NCBI GenBank assembly: GCA_038201105.1
Contig: JBBRRH010000001.1
Coordinates: 8,864 to 72,863 of the forward strand
From: Nitrososphaera sp.
Lineage (GTDB): Archaea; Thermoproteota; Nitrososphaeria; Nitrososphaerales; Nitrososphaeraceae
Direction: 5' to 3'
Length of the DNA: 64,000 bases
The translations under genes and the position numbers were made by a program. The notes beneath the pieces are model-generated. The model worked only from the letters and a program-made list of their open reading frames with translations, was not told the DNA's origin and did not search any database. Of this stretch, positions 11,691 through 21,594 are shown in pieces. The number at the start of each line of letters is the position of its first letter. Position 1 is the stretch's first letter.

Positions 11691-12543
11691 CCTGCTGTAT
11701 CCCTCTTTTGTTTAATCGGACAAACATTCCGTCAAATGGATACCGCGAGATTGTTATAGGAGATTCTGCCTTCACATCGAAAACTTCTTGTCCGTCAATC
11801 ACTACTTTGGAATCGTTGGAAGAAGTTATGGATATGTCTTGAGGTTCTACGATCAAACAGGGCATCTTATTAACTGGGGCGACAGGATGGAGCAGCAAAC
11901 ATTTTACCTGTTCATGAATTATGGGTCCGTCCAATGAGAGTGAGTGTCCTGTTGAACCAGTGGGTGTAGAAATAATTATACCGTCCATTCTTTGGGAAAC
12001 ATGTTCGTTTAAAAGACTTATTCTGAGTGACGGGGTTCGCGTTAAATTCACTCTTGTGATTACTACATCATTCAATGCTGGACCAAGTATCTTTCCTTCG
12101 ATTTGGGCTTGCAGCCTTATCCTAGAATCAAGAAAGTACTCACCTTTAACAATGGCCTCTAATTGGGTGCCGATATCGGAATGTCCAACTTCTGCCAAAA
12201 TTCCTCTTGTACCACCAATATTAATGCTGAAAATAGGCGTCGTATGTGGGACCATTCTAAATGTCCGTAGAGTTGTTCCATCCCCTCCTACTGCGAAGAC
12301 TAAATCCAAATCGAGATCCCTAATTTTTTGAGGAGAAACCAAAATTACATCAGGATGATCGATATTGTTTACTGAGAAAACCTGTACATTCCTTGTCTCG
12401 AAGTACTCCGCAATTTTTCTTCCTGCATCTATGGCTACAGGATTATTAAATTTTGTAACTATAGCCACGTTACGGATTTCCAATTGTTTCTTACCTTCAC
12501 TCCCATTTGTGACGTTTAAATGCATTGTTGTGCTAGATGGCAA
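11671..12543 (-). CDS. nadK: NAD(+) kinase
   Basis: GGDGT, ALND, DGIIISTPTGSTGHSLS. Confidence 0.93.
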   Translation of the reverse strand: MPSSTTMHLNVTNGSEGKKQLEIRNVAIVTKFNNPVAIDAGRKIAEYFETRNVQVFSVNNIDHPDVILVSPQKIRDLDLDLVFAVGGDGTTLRTFRMVPHTTPIFSINIGGTRGILAEVGHSDIGTQLEAIVKGEYFLDSRIRLQAQIEGKILGPALNDVVITRVNLTRTPSLRISLLNEHVSQRMDGIIISTPTGSTGHSLSLDGPIIHEQVKCLLLHPVAPVNKMPCLIVEPQDISITSSNDSKVVIDGQEVFDVKAESPITISRYPFDGMFVRLNKRGIQQVARLGF

Positions 12544-12612
12544 ATTCGAAATTGCTGAAATTCATTCGAAATATCCACAAGAATAAATAACGACAATAAA
12601 AATGATTTTGGT

Positions 12613-12686
12613 GGGCCGATAGCTCAGCTTGGTGGAGCGTTCGACTGATAATCGAAAGGTCAAGGGTCCAAATCCCTTTCGGCCCA
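12613..12686 (+). tRNA. tRNA-Ile(GAT)
   Basis: Acceptor GGGCCGA/TCGGCCC, D stem GCTC/GAGC, anticodon stem TTCGA/TCGAA with loop CT-GAT-AA, T arm AAGGG-TCCAAAT-CCCTT. Confidence 0.95.
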
Positions 12687-12754
12687 CTCTACATTGTGGC
12701 CAATCTCGATTGCGAGATTTTTCTCAACTTTGACCACACTTGATTCATTTGAAA

Positions 12755-13671
12755 CTATGCGTAAGTTTTCTTATATTCGTGTTCTACCCACTTGATAAGA
12801 GAGCCAAAATCTGAGCTTACAAAATCAGGCCCTAGTGTCAGAGCCTTATCACACAGATCTTCTTTAGTAAAAAGAATTAATCTAATATCACCTGAAAATC
12901 TAGCTTTCGAACTTTTCAATGCATTGCAAAGAAATCTTAGGGTGTTCTCTGAGAACGAGAAAATCAGAATCAGAATCAGGCCATTTCTGTTTCCATATGT
13001 TTTCAATACGTATCTTTGCAGATCTATGTCAAAGAAAGGATCTATTTTTTGCTCGACATTTCCTATAAAAGTAGAATCCCAACCAGAAAGGTGCATTAGA
13101 GTAGAGGCGATTTTCGCAAAATGAATTGAATCTTCAGATCCTGCCACACATAAAGAATGCGCCCTTAGTTTGTTTCGAGCATCATATGGAATGAATCTGA
13201 TGAATGCCACAAGATCCATGGCGAAAGTAAGAATAGATAGCCTCTCGCTTTCCCCAATCCGTCCTCTGTTGTAGAGATTGTCGACGATATTTATAGTTGG
13301 TAATACCACATCGATTAATAGGCGCTCCTTTGTTATGTCAGAAGTTATAAGATTGTAGACAAGATTCTTTGCTTCCGTATCGTTACCAGAAAGTAAAGAA
13401 TCTAGAAACTTCTGCTGAACCTGAACGTAATTGACGGGAAACTCGAGTTGAGAGACGCTTTGGTCTAAATACCATATATTCAACGCTCCAATTTTTTTTT
13501 TCTAATAAGTCCTTTGGCTAGCATCAAATCCAAGTATCTTGCCAAAGTCATTCTATTTATCTTGGTCCTAGATGCCAACTCTACACCAGAAAGTCCAGCA
13601 TGACTTTCAGCGAGCTCCGAATATACTTTCCTTGTTATCTCTTCTAAAGTGTATCTTCTGTACAATGACAT
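12755..13671 (-). pseudogene. wHTH plus cobalamin-binding-like domain regulator, split by a frameshift in an A10 tract (or a sequencing error)
   Basis: ORF 13480-13671 (HTH: GLSGVELASRTKINRMTLARYL) ends RKKKLER*; one extra A in T10 at 13492-13501 gives RKKKIGALNIWYL, continuing into ORF 12755-13483 (helical cap plus Rossmann-like GWDSTFIG). Confidence 0.75.
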
Positions 13672-14291
13672 ATAAAATATCAGTTATTCTGTTTTTTAAT
13701 GGTTTCCTTTGAATAGTTTGCTAAAATGCAAGTCAAACGGATCTTCAACATGACAGGCGACTTTGCGTGGGCTTTTGAGTATTCTATCCGTAAAAAAGCT
13801 TGTTTATTTATATTCGGCGATTAACTTTCCTGATTTTATTTTAAATTCATCTATGACTAATTAGTTTATTGTGGATCCGCGCTACTTGATTTCAACAAAT
13901 TGCATCGTTTAGATACAGTACAAAACTTTGGCGAATTTTGTGAAGCACAACATGTGGTAATGTATAACCTCTCAAACATCAGTTTCCTTGTATGATAACT
14001 TTGAAGTCTGAAACAAATCAGGATTCTAATGTAAGCCGGATCAGATCGTATGTACAAACCCGTCTTGATTAATGTTGTCAGCTAACAAAATCAAGTGATT
14101 GCAATCCTGTTTACATATTATCATCCATGATTCAACGTTGCCATTTAGAAGATACCAACAGATCCCAGATTTGAACGGTCCAGGAAACAAGCTGACGAAA
14201 TCGCAAGTTTCGAATTTTAGCCGCTATTAAAAGCCAAACATCCTGTAACAACCAAAAATATAAATTTAGTTTGAAATTGCTTGCATTAGCC

Positions 14292-15506
14292 ATGACGAAA
14301 GACAAGGTGATTCTGGCTTTTTCTGGAGGTCTGGATACATCAGTTTGCGTTAAGTATCTTCAGATGGAGCATAACATGGATGTTATCACAGCAACTGTTG
14401 ATTGCGGGCAGGATGATGATTTTGATGCAATATGTCGAAAATCTGAATTACTAGGTACTATAAAACATGTGTATGTTGACGCTAGAACTGATTTTGTAGA
14501 AAATTATGTGTCTAAAGCTATTAGAGCCAATGCCCTATATCAAGGAAAGTATCCTCTTGCCACTGCCTTAGCTCGTCCGCTCATTGCATCCAGAACAATG
14601 GAAGTCGCACGCAAGGAAGGGGCTAGATATGTTTCCCATGGCTGTACTGGGAAAGGGAACGATCAGGTGAGGTTGGATCTTGCACTACGTGCAATTGATC
14701 CCAAAATTGGGATCATCGCCCCCATAAGAGACATGAATTTGACCAGAGATATTGAAATCAAGTATGCCAACGAACACAACATACCCATTAATGAGGAAAC
14801 TAAACGGTATAGCATTGACGTAAATTTGTGGGGTAGAGCTATTGAGGGCGGACAACTGGAAGATCCGTGGTTTGAGGTCCCCGACGACGCATTACACCTA
14901 GTCAAGAAAGCAGAGAATTCAATTGAATATATTGAACTCGAATTTGAACAGGGAATACCGAAATCCGCAGACGGTAAAAAAATGAATTTAGTTGACCTGA
15001 TAGCATACCTGAATGAGAAAGTTGGAAGGCACGGGGTGGGTATAATTGATCATGTGGAAGACAGGATAGTAGGAATCAAGTCCCGAGAAATATACGAAGC
15101 TCCAGCGGCTACTGCCATAATTGAAGCGCACAGAGACCTTGAAAAAATGGTTCTTACGAATTTTGAATTTAGATTTAAGCAGACCGTTGAGGAGGAATGG
15201 AGTTGGTTAGCATATAGTGGACTTTGGTTTGATCCCCTAAGAGAAGATCTGGATACATTTATAGATGCAACCCAAAAAAGGGTTACTGGAAAAGTAAGGA
15301 TGAAGCTGCAAAATGGATCTTTGAATGTTGTTGGAAGAAAATCTGAATTTTCGTTGTATAGTAATGATCTTGCAACATACACTTCTAAATCGACATTTGA
15401 CCAGCGTTTGGCAAAGGGTTTTGTAGAATTATGGGGCATGCAAACGGTACTTGCAAACAGTCTAAAGACAAGTGACTCTAGAAAAGAAGGTGAAAAAATA
15501 ATATGA
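14292..15506 (+). CDS. argG: Argininosuccinate synthase
   Basis: LAFSGGLDTS, YPLATALARP, HGCTGKGNDQVR, IKSREIYEAP; ATG at 14292 preferred. Confidence 0.97.
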   Translation: MTKDKVILAFSGGLDTSVCVKYLQMEHNMDVITATVDCGQDDDFDAICRKSELLGTIKHVYVDARTDFVENYVSKAIRANALYQGKYPLATALARPLIASRTMEVARKEGARYVSHGCTGKGNDQVRLDLALRAIDPKIGIIAPIRDMNLTRDIEIKYANEHNIPINEETKRYSIDVNLWGRAIEGGQLEDPWFEVPDDALHLVKKAENSIEYIELEFEQGIPKSADGKKMNLVDLIAYLNEKVGRHGVGIIDHVEDRIVGIKSREIYEAPAATAIIEAHRDLEKMVLTNFEFRFKQTVEEEWSWLAYSGLWFDPLREDLDTFIDATQKRVTGKVRMKLQNGSLNVVGRKSEFSLYSNDLATYTSKSTFDQRLAKGFVELWGMQTVLANSLKTSDSRKEGEKII

Positions 15507-15676
15507 ACATAGAGTGTAAGGATTGTGGAGCGCAGATAACCGTGACCCAAGACTCGATGGTTGGCGAAATCATAACTTGTCCTGACTGTGGTGCTGATTT
15601 TGAGATAACCCTTAAAACTGGAGAATCAATCGAAATCAAGCCTGCAGAATCAGTCGGTGAAGACTGGGGACAATAG
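15503..15676 (+). CDS. lysW: LysW-type amino-group carrier protein, C-terminus EDWGQ (57 aa)
   Basis: Manual translation MNIECKDCGAQITVTQDSMVGEIITCPDCGADFEITLKTGESIEIKPAESVGEDWGQ; two CxxC; ATGA overlap with argG. Missing from the ORF track. Confidence 0.92.
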   Translation: MNIECKDCGAQITVTQDSMVGEIITCPDCGADFEITLKTGESIEIKPAESVGEDWGQ

Positions 15677-16537
15677 ATGGTGCAGGTATGTGTAATTTAT
15701 GATAAAATTCGTTTCGAAGAAAAGATCCTGCATAACAAAATAAAAGAAAAAGGTTTAACATCCAATCTTGTTGATGGTAAATCTCTAATTTTCAATACGA
15801 ATTCAGAGAAAGTAGACTTTGAGTTAGGAGATATCATTTTTCAGCGAGAGATAAGCCACTATAGAGGCCTGTATATTACCTCGTGTTTGGAATCACTAGG
15901 GTTTAAAGTGATCAATCCATTTTCTGTCAGTGAAATATGTGGGAATAAGCTACTCACCAGCTTGGCATTAGTGAAACACGACGTGCCTACTCCCAATACT
16001 AGCTTTGCGTTTAGCTCCAACTCAGCTCTTCAATTGATGGATAAGTTAGGGTATCCTCTGGTAGTGAAACCACTTGTAGGATCTTGGGGAAGAGGAGTTT
16101 ATCTAATTAAGGATAGATCAGCAGCTGAAATGCTAATAGATAGTAGAGAGGAAATTGGAAGTCCACTTTCTCGAATTTATTATATCCAAGAGAAGATAGA
16201 TCGTCCGCCTAGGGATATAAGATGCATAGTCATCGCTGAAAATATTGTTGCATCAATTTATCGAAATGCTGCAGAAAACGAATGGCTAACGAATGTGGCA
16301 ATTGGTGGAACGACAGAACAAGCACAGATGAATCTGGAGTTAGAAGAAATCACGCTAAGAGCTGCAAAAGCCGTAGGTGGAGGAATACTTGGCATTGACT
16401 TGATGGAGGATGCGAAGAGAGGATACTTGGTTCATGAGATAAATAACACGGTCGAATTTAGAGGCGCGTCAATGGTTTCTACCCAAGATATTCCCGCAGC
16501 CATGATTGATTACCTGGTCCATGAATGCAGAAAGTAA
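15677..16537 (+). CDS. argX: ATP-grasp glutamate--LysW ligase (ArgX type)
   Basis: RimK/LysX family: KPLVGSWGRG, DIR, TNVAIGG, HEINNTVEFRG; G after EFx as in ArgX, and argG context. Confidence 0.82.
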   Translation: MVQVCVIYDKIRFEEKILHNKIKEKGLTSNLVDGKSLIFNTNSEKVDFELGDIIFQREISHYRGLYITSCLESLGFKVINPFSVSEICGNKLLTSLALVKHDVPTPNTSFAFSSNSALQLMDKLGYPLVVKPLVGSWGRGVYLIKDRSAAEMLIDSREEIGSPLSRIYYIQEKIDRPPRDIRCIVIAENIVASIYRNAAENEWLTNVAIGGTTEQAQMNLELEEITLRAAKAVGGGILGIDLMEDAKRGYLVHEINNTVEFRGASMVSTQDIPAAMIDYLVHECRK

Positions 16538-16679
16538 GGACCGAGCCAAATATTAACTCGACTGGAAGAAAAGTCTCCTCGACTTTGGACTATGGAACAC
16601 TTCGAACTCGTTCACAATGTTTGCAGATAATAAAATTCATAAGATGCTATATTGAGACTTTTTCAAAGGATTCAAAGTT

Positions 16680-17732
16680 ATGAAAGTAGGAGTCATAGGA
16701 GCATCTGGCTACGTCGGGGGCGAACTTTTGAGATTATTGGTTGTGCATCCCCAGGTAGAAATAAGCATGGTCACGTCAAGGCAGCATGTTGGAGAATATG
16801 TTCACAGAGTACATCCAAGTCTGAAAAGCTTCATAGACTTGACGTTCTCGCCAATGGATATTGACAAGCTAACCAGTAAATGTGATATTGTCTTTGTTTC
16901 TGTTCCACATGGGAATGCGGTTAATGTCGTCAAAGAGCTTTATGAAAGAGGTATCAAGATAATTGATTTATCTGCAGATTTTAGATTGAAGAATCCTAAA
17001 GATTATGTGAAATGGTATGGATGGGAGCACCCTTTCCCGGAAATGCTCTCAAAATCTACTTATGGAGTTCCAGAACTATATAGAAATAAAATTAAGGAGT
17101 CGAAGCTAGTATCTTGCCCAGGATGTATGGCAGTAACATCAATTCTTGCTTTAAAGCCTTTGATTGAGAAAAACTTGGTAGATACGGAACATGTTATTGT
17201 TGATAGCAAGATAGGCTCTTCGGGCGCTGGCTCTCAGGAGGGAATTGGAACTCACCATGCTATGCGATATGGAGTCATTAGACCGTACAAACCCGCCAAG
17301 CACAGACATACCGGAGAAATTGAACAAGAATTGGGCATACTTGCACACAAGAAAGTGATGGTCAGTATGAGTCCCCATGCGGTCAATTTGGTCAGGGGAA
17401 TATTGACTACCAATCATGTCTTTTTGAAAGAGCCTGTCTCGGAAATAGAGTTGTGGAAATATTACAGAGATGCTTACAAAAGTGAACCGTTCATCAGATT
17501 AATAAGAGACAAAAAGGGATTGTACAAGTTCCCTGATCCGAAATTTGTGGTAGGATCTAATTTTTGCGATGTAGGATTTGATTTAGATGAAGATAATAAT
17601 AGAGTTGTAGCGCTTTCAGCCTCTGATAATTTAATGAAAGGTGCAGCAGGCTCGGCAATACAGAATATGAATATTATGAGTGGATTTAGTGAAGTGGAAG
17701 GCCTAAGATACACACCGTTAACCCCGGTATGA
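16680..17732 (+). CDS. argC: LysW-aminoadipate/glutamate semialdehyde dehydrogenase (ArgC/LysY)
   Basis: GASGYVGGEL, IIDLSADFRL, CPGC, DNLMKGAAG. Confidence 0.94.
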   Translation: MKVGVIGASGYVGGELLRLLVVHPQVEISMVTSRQHVGEYVHRVHPSLKSFIDLTFSPMDIDKLTSKCDIVFVSVPHGNAVNVVKELYERGIKIIDLSADFRLKNPKDYVKWYGWEHPFPEMLSKSTYGVPELYRNKIKESKLVSCPGCMAVTSILALKPLIEKNLVDTEHVIVDSKIGSSGAGSQEGIGTHHAMRYGVIRPYKPAKHRHTGEIEQELGILAHKKVMVSMSPHAVNLVRGILTTNHVFLKEPVSEIELWKYYRDAYKSEPFIRLIRDKKGLYKFPDPKFVVGSNFCDVGFDLDEDNNRVVALSASDNLMKGAAGSAIQNMNIMSGFSEVEGLRYTPLTPV

Positions 17733-18529
17733 TCGTCATAAAAATTGGGGGTAGCATAGTAAACGATTTGCATTCATCCGCTATAAAAGACATTCACAAT
17801 ATTATGTCGAACGAAAAGTTATTGTTGGTTCACGGAGGAGGAAAGGAGGTAACATCTATAGCAACTCAACTTGGAAAGGAACAGCGGTTTATAGTATCTC
17901 CGGGGGGTATAAGAAGTAGATATACTGACAAAGAAACTGCTGAAATCTATACCATGGTGATGTCGGGCAAGATAAACAAACTGATAGTCAAAATGTTACT
18001 CAAGGAAGAGATTAAAGCAGTCGGTCTTTCTGGAATAGATAATCACATTTTGGGAGCAATTAGAAAGAGCAAATTAACTGTCATAAATGAAAAGGGAAGA
18101 AAGATGGTAATCGACGGGGGTTACACTGGTAAGATAAAAACAGTGGGAACAGAATTATTAAACTTGTTATTAAACGAAGGATATGTCCCAGTCATTTCTC
18201 CAGTTGCACTCAGCGAAGAATTTGATTTTTTGAACGTTGATGGAGATAGAGCTGCAGCTTATATTGCAGGTAGCCTAGGTGCAGACAAGGTAATATTTCT
18301 TACAAATGTTAATGGTCTATATTTGGATGACAATCTAGTACAGAAGATTTCACTTGAAGGAGCAAAGGAAATATTGCCGAAAATTGGTTTTGGAATGGAA
18401 AAAAAAGTTCTAGCTTGTACAGAAGCTCTCTCTCTTGGTGCCAACGAAGCTATTATTTCTTCAGGAATGGTCTCCAACCCGATCTCCTCTGCAATAGCCC
18501 ACAGCAATTGTACGGTGATTTCTAAATGA
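17729..18529 (+). CDS. argB: LysW-aminoadipate/glutamate kinase (ArgB/LysZ)
   Basis: VIKIGGS, VHGGG, LNVDGDRAA, GMEKK. Confidence 0.93.
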   Translation: MIVIKIGGSIVNDLHSSAIKDIHNIMSNEKLLLVHGGGKEVTSIATQLGKEQRFIVSPGGIRSRYTDKETAEIYTMVMSGKINKLIVKMLLKEEIKAVGLSGIDNHILGAIRKSKLTVINEKGRKMVIDGGYTGKIKTVGTELLNLLLNEGYVPVISPVALSEEFDFLNVDGDRAAAYIAGSLGADKVIFLTNVNGLYLDDNLVQKISLEGAKEILPKIGFGMEKKVLACTEALSLGANEAIISSGMVSNPISSAIAHSNCTVISK

Positions 18530-19713
18530 CAGACGTAGAAGGCGAGGATTCCTACCTACTGAACGTTTATCAGAGATTCCCTATTACGGTTGAGAGGGGT
18601 GAGGGTGCGACAATTTGGGATGCAGACGGCAAGAAATACATTGATTGTATGGGTGGCTATGGTATTGGTCTAATAGGCTATTCCAATAAGAAGGTAATTG
18701 CCGGAGTAGAAGAGCAGCTGAAAAAAATTATGGTCTGTCACATGTCGGCTTATAACAATACCCGATTAAGATTTCTGAAAAAACTAACTGATATTGCGCC
18801 TCCCGGTGTAACAAAAATATTTTTCAGTAACAGTGGTGCAGAATCAGTGGAAGCAGCTTTAAAGTTTGCACGCAAGTATAGTCAAAAACCTGGAATTATT
18901 TCTATGTATGGTGGATACCATGGGAAGACATTTGGTGCTCTATCGGTGACGCACAATGCGAAGTATAGAAAGTCTTTTGTTCCTTTACTGGATAACATTA
19001 AATTTATCCCATATGGGAACGTAGGTAGCCTAATCGATGCAATTGATGACAAGACTGGGACGGTGATTTTGGAGCCGATTCAGGGAGAAACAGGAGTCAT
19101 TTTGCCTCCAGATGGTTTCCTTAATTCAGTAAGAAAAATATGTGATGAAAAAAATGTTGTACTAATATTTGATGAAATCCAGACAGGTCTGGGAAGGACT
19201 GGCAAAATGTGGGCTGGAGAGCACTGGGAAACAGTACCTGACATTATGTGCCTTGCCAAAGGAATTGCAGCGGGTATCCCTATGGGAGTAACATTTTTGA
19301 AACCTAAGGTAGCTGAAGCAATGAGAGTAGGTGAACACTCCTCTACATTTGCTGGCAATCCAATTGCGTGCGCAGCCGGGAATGCGGTCTTAGATGTGAT
19401 CAGTGAAGGCAATTTGGTAAAGAGGGCTGCTGAAACAGGAAATCACTTTAAATGCGGGCTACTTGAGCTTAAAGAGCGCCATCCTATTATCAGGGAAGTT
19501 AGGGGTTTAGGAATGATGCTCGCAATGGAAATGCGATTTGACGTGCGAGACATATTACTTGATGGCATCAAGAATGGACTCTTAATGTTGTATTCCGGAA
19601 GAAACATAATCCGGTTGCTTCCCCCATTGATAATGGATAAGGACATGGTCGACCAAGCCTTGTCGGTAATGGATTCCCTTTTAGTAGCAGAGGCGAAAAG
19701 ACATAGTATCTGA
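18526..19713 (+). CDS. argD: Class III PLP aminotransferase (ArgD/LysJ)
   Basis: NSGAESVEAA, YHGKT, EPIQGETG, FDEIQTGLGRTG, AKG. Confidence 0.94.
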   Translation: MTDVEGEDSYLLNVYQRFPITVERGEGATIWDADGKKYIDCMGGYGIGLIGYSNKKVIAGVEEQLKKIMVCHMSAYNNTRLRFLKKLTDIAPPGVTKIFFSNSGAESVEAALKFARKYSQKPGIISMYGGYHGKTFGALSVTHNAKYRKSFVPLLDNIKFIPYGNVGSLIDAIDDKTGTVILEPIQGETGVILPPDGFLNSVRKICDEKNVVLIFDEIQTGLGRTGKMWAGEHWETVPDIMCLAKGIAAGIPMGVTFLKPKVAEAMRVGEHSSTFAGNPIACAAGNAVLDVISEGNLVKRAAETGNHFKCGLLELKERHPIIREVRGLGMMLAMEMRFDVRDILLDGIKNGLLMLYSGRNIIRLLPPLIMDKDMVDQALSVMDSLLVAEAKRHSI

Positions 19714-19744
19714 AAATAATAGTTTTGATCTAGATCAGAAAATT

Positions 19745-20134
19745 TTGGACATCCTTAAAAATGACTCAAGAAAGTCATTCGTCGACATAGGTAAGGAAAT
19801 TGGTTTATCCGAATCAGCGGTGAGGCGAAGAGTCAGAAATTTAGTTGACACAGGTATCATAAAGCGTTTTACAGTAGACGTTGATTCGGGAGATAAAACT
19901 AGTGCAATAACACTCCTATCCATTAGTTCTTCTGCAGATACTGCTGCAGTCACGGCAAAACTGCCTGATGTCAAAGGCGTTAAAATAGTTTATGAAATAA
20001 CAGGTCAATTTGACATCGCTGCTATAATATCTGCTCCATCTATATCTGAGATAAATCACTGCATCGACCTGATTCGCAAAATTGAAGGAGTACATGACAC
20101 AAATACGGTAATCATTCTAAGGACGCTAAGTTGA
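19745..20134 (+). CDS. lysM: Lrp/AsnC family regulator (LysM-like); true start probably upstream
   Basis: DILKNDSRKSF...GLSESAVRRRVRNL HTH plus RAM domain, inside the lys/arg operon. Confidence 0.82.
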   Translation: MDILKNDSRKSFVDIGKEIGLSESAVRRRVRNLVDTGIIKRFTVDVDSGDKTSAITLLSISSSADTAAVTAKLPDVKGVKIVYEITGQFDIAAIISAPSISEINHCIDLIRKIEGVHDTNTVIILRTLS

Positions 20135-20216
20135 TTTGCAGATTTTCAAGGTATCCCTTAAGAATATAGCCGAGAAGATTTATATCTTATACGAATTAAT
20201 TTAATTTAGAATAAAA

Positions 20217-21413
20217 ATGTCGCTGAAATCAGACGATCCTAATCATTTTGCGCACCAGCTTAACGAACCTCAGCTAGTTACCAAGAATATAAGAATTCTG
20301 GATTCTACTCTCAGGGAGGGCGAACAGCATCCCGGTGTAGCGTTTACCATTAAGCAGAGAATACAGATCGCATGGATGCTTGATTCCTTCGGCGTTGACC
20401 AAATAGAGATAAGTCCTGTTGTATCTCACGATCACTTTGAAGCAACAAAGACGATAATAAAGCAAGATTTAAGGGCAGATATACTAGCCCATGTTAGGGC
20501 CATCAAATCGGATGTCGATGTGGCAATAGACACAGGTGCTACATGGATAGCCACTTACATGGGGATATCAGACATACATCTTTCAGCCAAGCTAAGGATA
20601 TCCCGTGAGGAGGCCAAAATCAGAGCACTAGAAGTGGCAGATTATATAAAATCACACGGCTTAAAATCACGCTTTACAATGGAAGATGCTAGCAGAACTG
20701 ATCCTAACTTCTTGATTGAGATGTGTAAGGAAATGAACTCGCGGGGTATTGAGCGCATCAGTATTCCAGATACTGTTGGCATAATGAGACCACATGGCAT
20801 GTATAATCTCGTAAGAATGGTGTGTGAGAATATTGATTTGTCCAGATCTTCAATAGATGTCCATTGTCATAATGATGTAGGTCTCGCGCTTGCTAACGCA
20901 CTGGCGGGATGTGAGGCTGGAGCTGATCAAATCCACACGACCATAGACGGCCTCGGCGAGCGAACTGGAATACCTTCACTTGCGGAAACTGCGGTCGCCC
21001 TCACATTAATCTATAAAGTACCGAATAATTTTAGGTTGCATCTCCTGCGCGATCTATCGAGGACCATAAGCGAATATACAGAAATACCTACTCCAGAATC
21101 GAAACCCATAGTAGGAGATAGTGCGTACAAACACAAGGCAGGTACCCACTTGGCTGCTATATTGAGAAACCCATCGGCCTATGAAATTCTTGAACCGAAG
21201 ATTGTGGGGAACAGAAGAAAGATAGTTTTTGGAGAACTTGCCGGCAAGAATGGCGCTGCTTACCTTCTGTCACTTCTTGGTTTGGAGACTTCCAAAGCAG
21301 AAGCAGAAAAGATGGCAAAAGGCTTGAAAGAATTGAGAATGGGCGATATATTAGAACTGTATCTGGACGAAAGGCTGGAAAGTAAAATACTTAACGATGC
21401 CCAATTAAAATAA
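20217..21413 (+). CDS. hcs: Homocitrate synthase (LeuA family)
   Basis: DSTLREGEQ, HCHND, GLGERTG, HKAGTH; lacks the LeuA regulatory domain; upstream of lysW-lysX. Confidence 0.85.
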   Translation: MSLKSDDPNHFAHQLNEPQLVTKNIRILDSTLREGEQHPGVAFTIKQRIQIAWMLDSFGVDQIEISPVVSHDHFEATKTIIKQDLRADILAHVRAIKSDVDVAIDTGATWIATYMGISDIHLSAKLRISREEAKIRALEVADYIKSHGLKSRFTMEDASRTDPNFLIEMCKEMNSRGIERISIPDTVGIMRPHGMYNLVRMVCENIDLSRSSIDVHCHNDVGLALANALAGCEAGADQIHTTIDGLGERTGIPSLAETAVALTLIYKVPNNFRLHLLRDLSRTISEYTEIPTPESKPIVGDSAYKHKAGTHLAAILRNPSAYEILEPKIVGNRRKIVFGELAGKNGAAYLLSLLGLETSKAEAEKMAKGLKELRMGDILELYLDERLESKILNDAQLK

Positions 21414-21426
21414 AGGTGTTAGGGAA

Positions 21427-21594
21427 ATGACAAAATGTCCAGAATGTGACGCAGAGATAAAGATCGCTGAAGATGCAATGGAAGGAGAAATTGTGACATG
21501 TCCAGATTGTGGAGCCAGCTACGAGATTATCAAGTCTGGAATGGTGTTTGACTTGAGGCCTGCACAATCAATTGGAGAGGATTGGGGCGAGTGA
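21427..21594 (+). CDS. lysW: LysW amino-group carrier protein, canonical EDWGE terminus (55 aa)
   Basis: Manual translation MTKCPECDAEIKIAEDAMEGEIVTCPDCGASYEIIKSGMVFDLRPAQSIGEDWGE. Missing from the ORF track. Confidence 0.95.
   Translation: MTKCPECDAEIKIAEDAMEGEIVTCPDCGASYEIIKSGMVFDLRPAQSIGEDWGE

Noticed and set aside
13866-14057. 63-aa ORF upstream of argG
   Set aside because: No motif or operon coupling.
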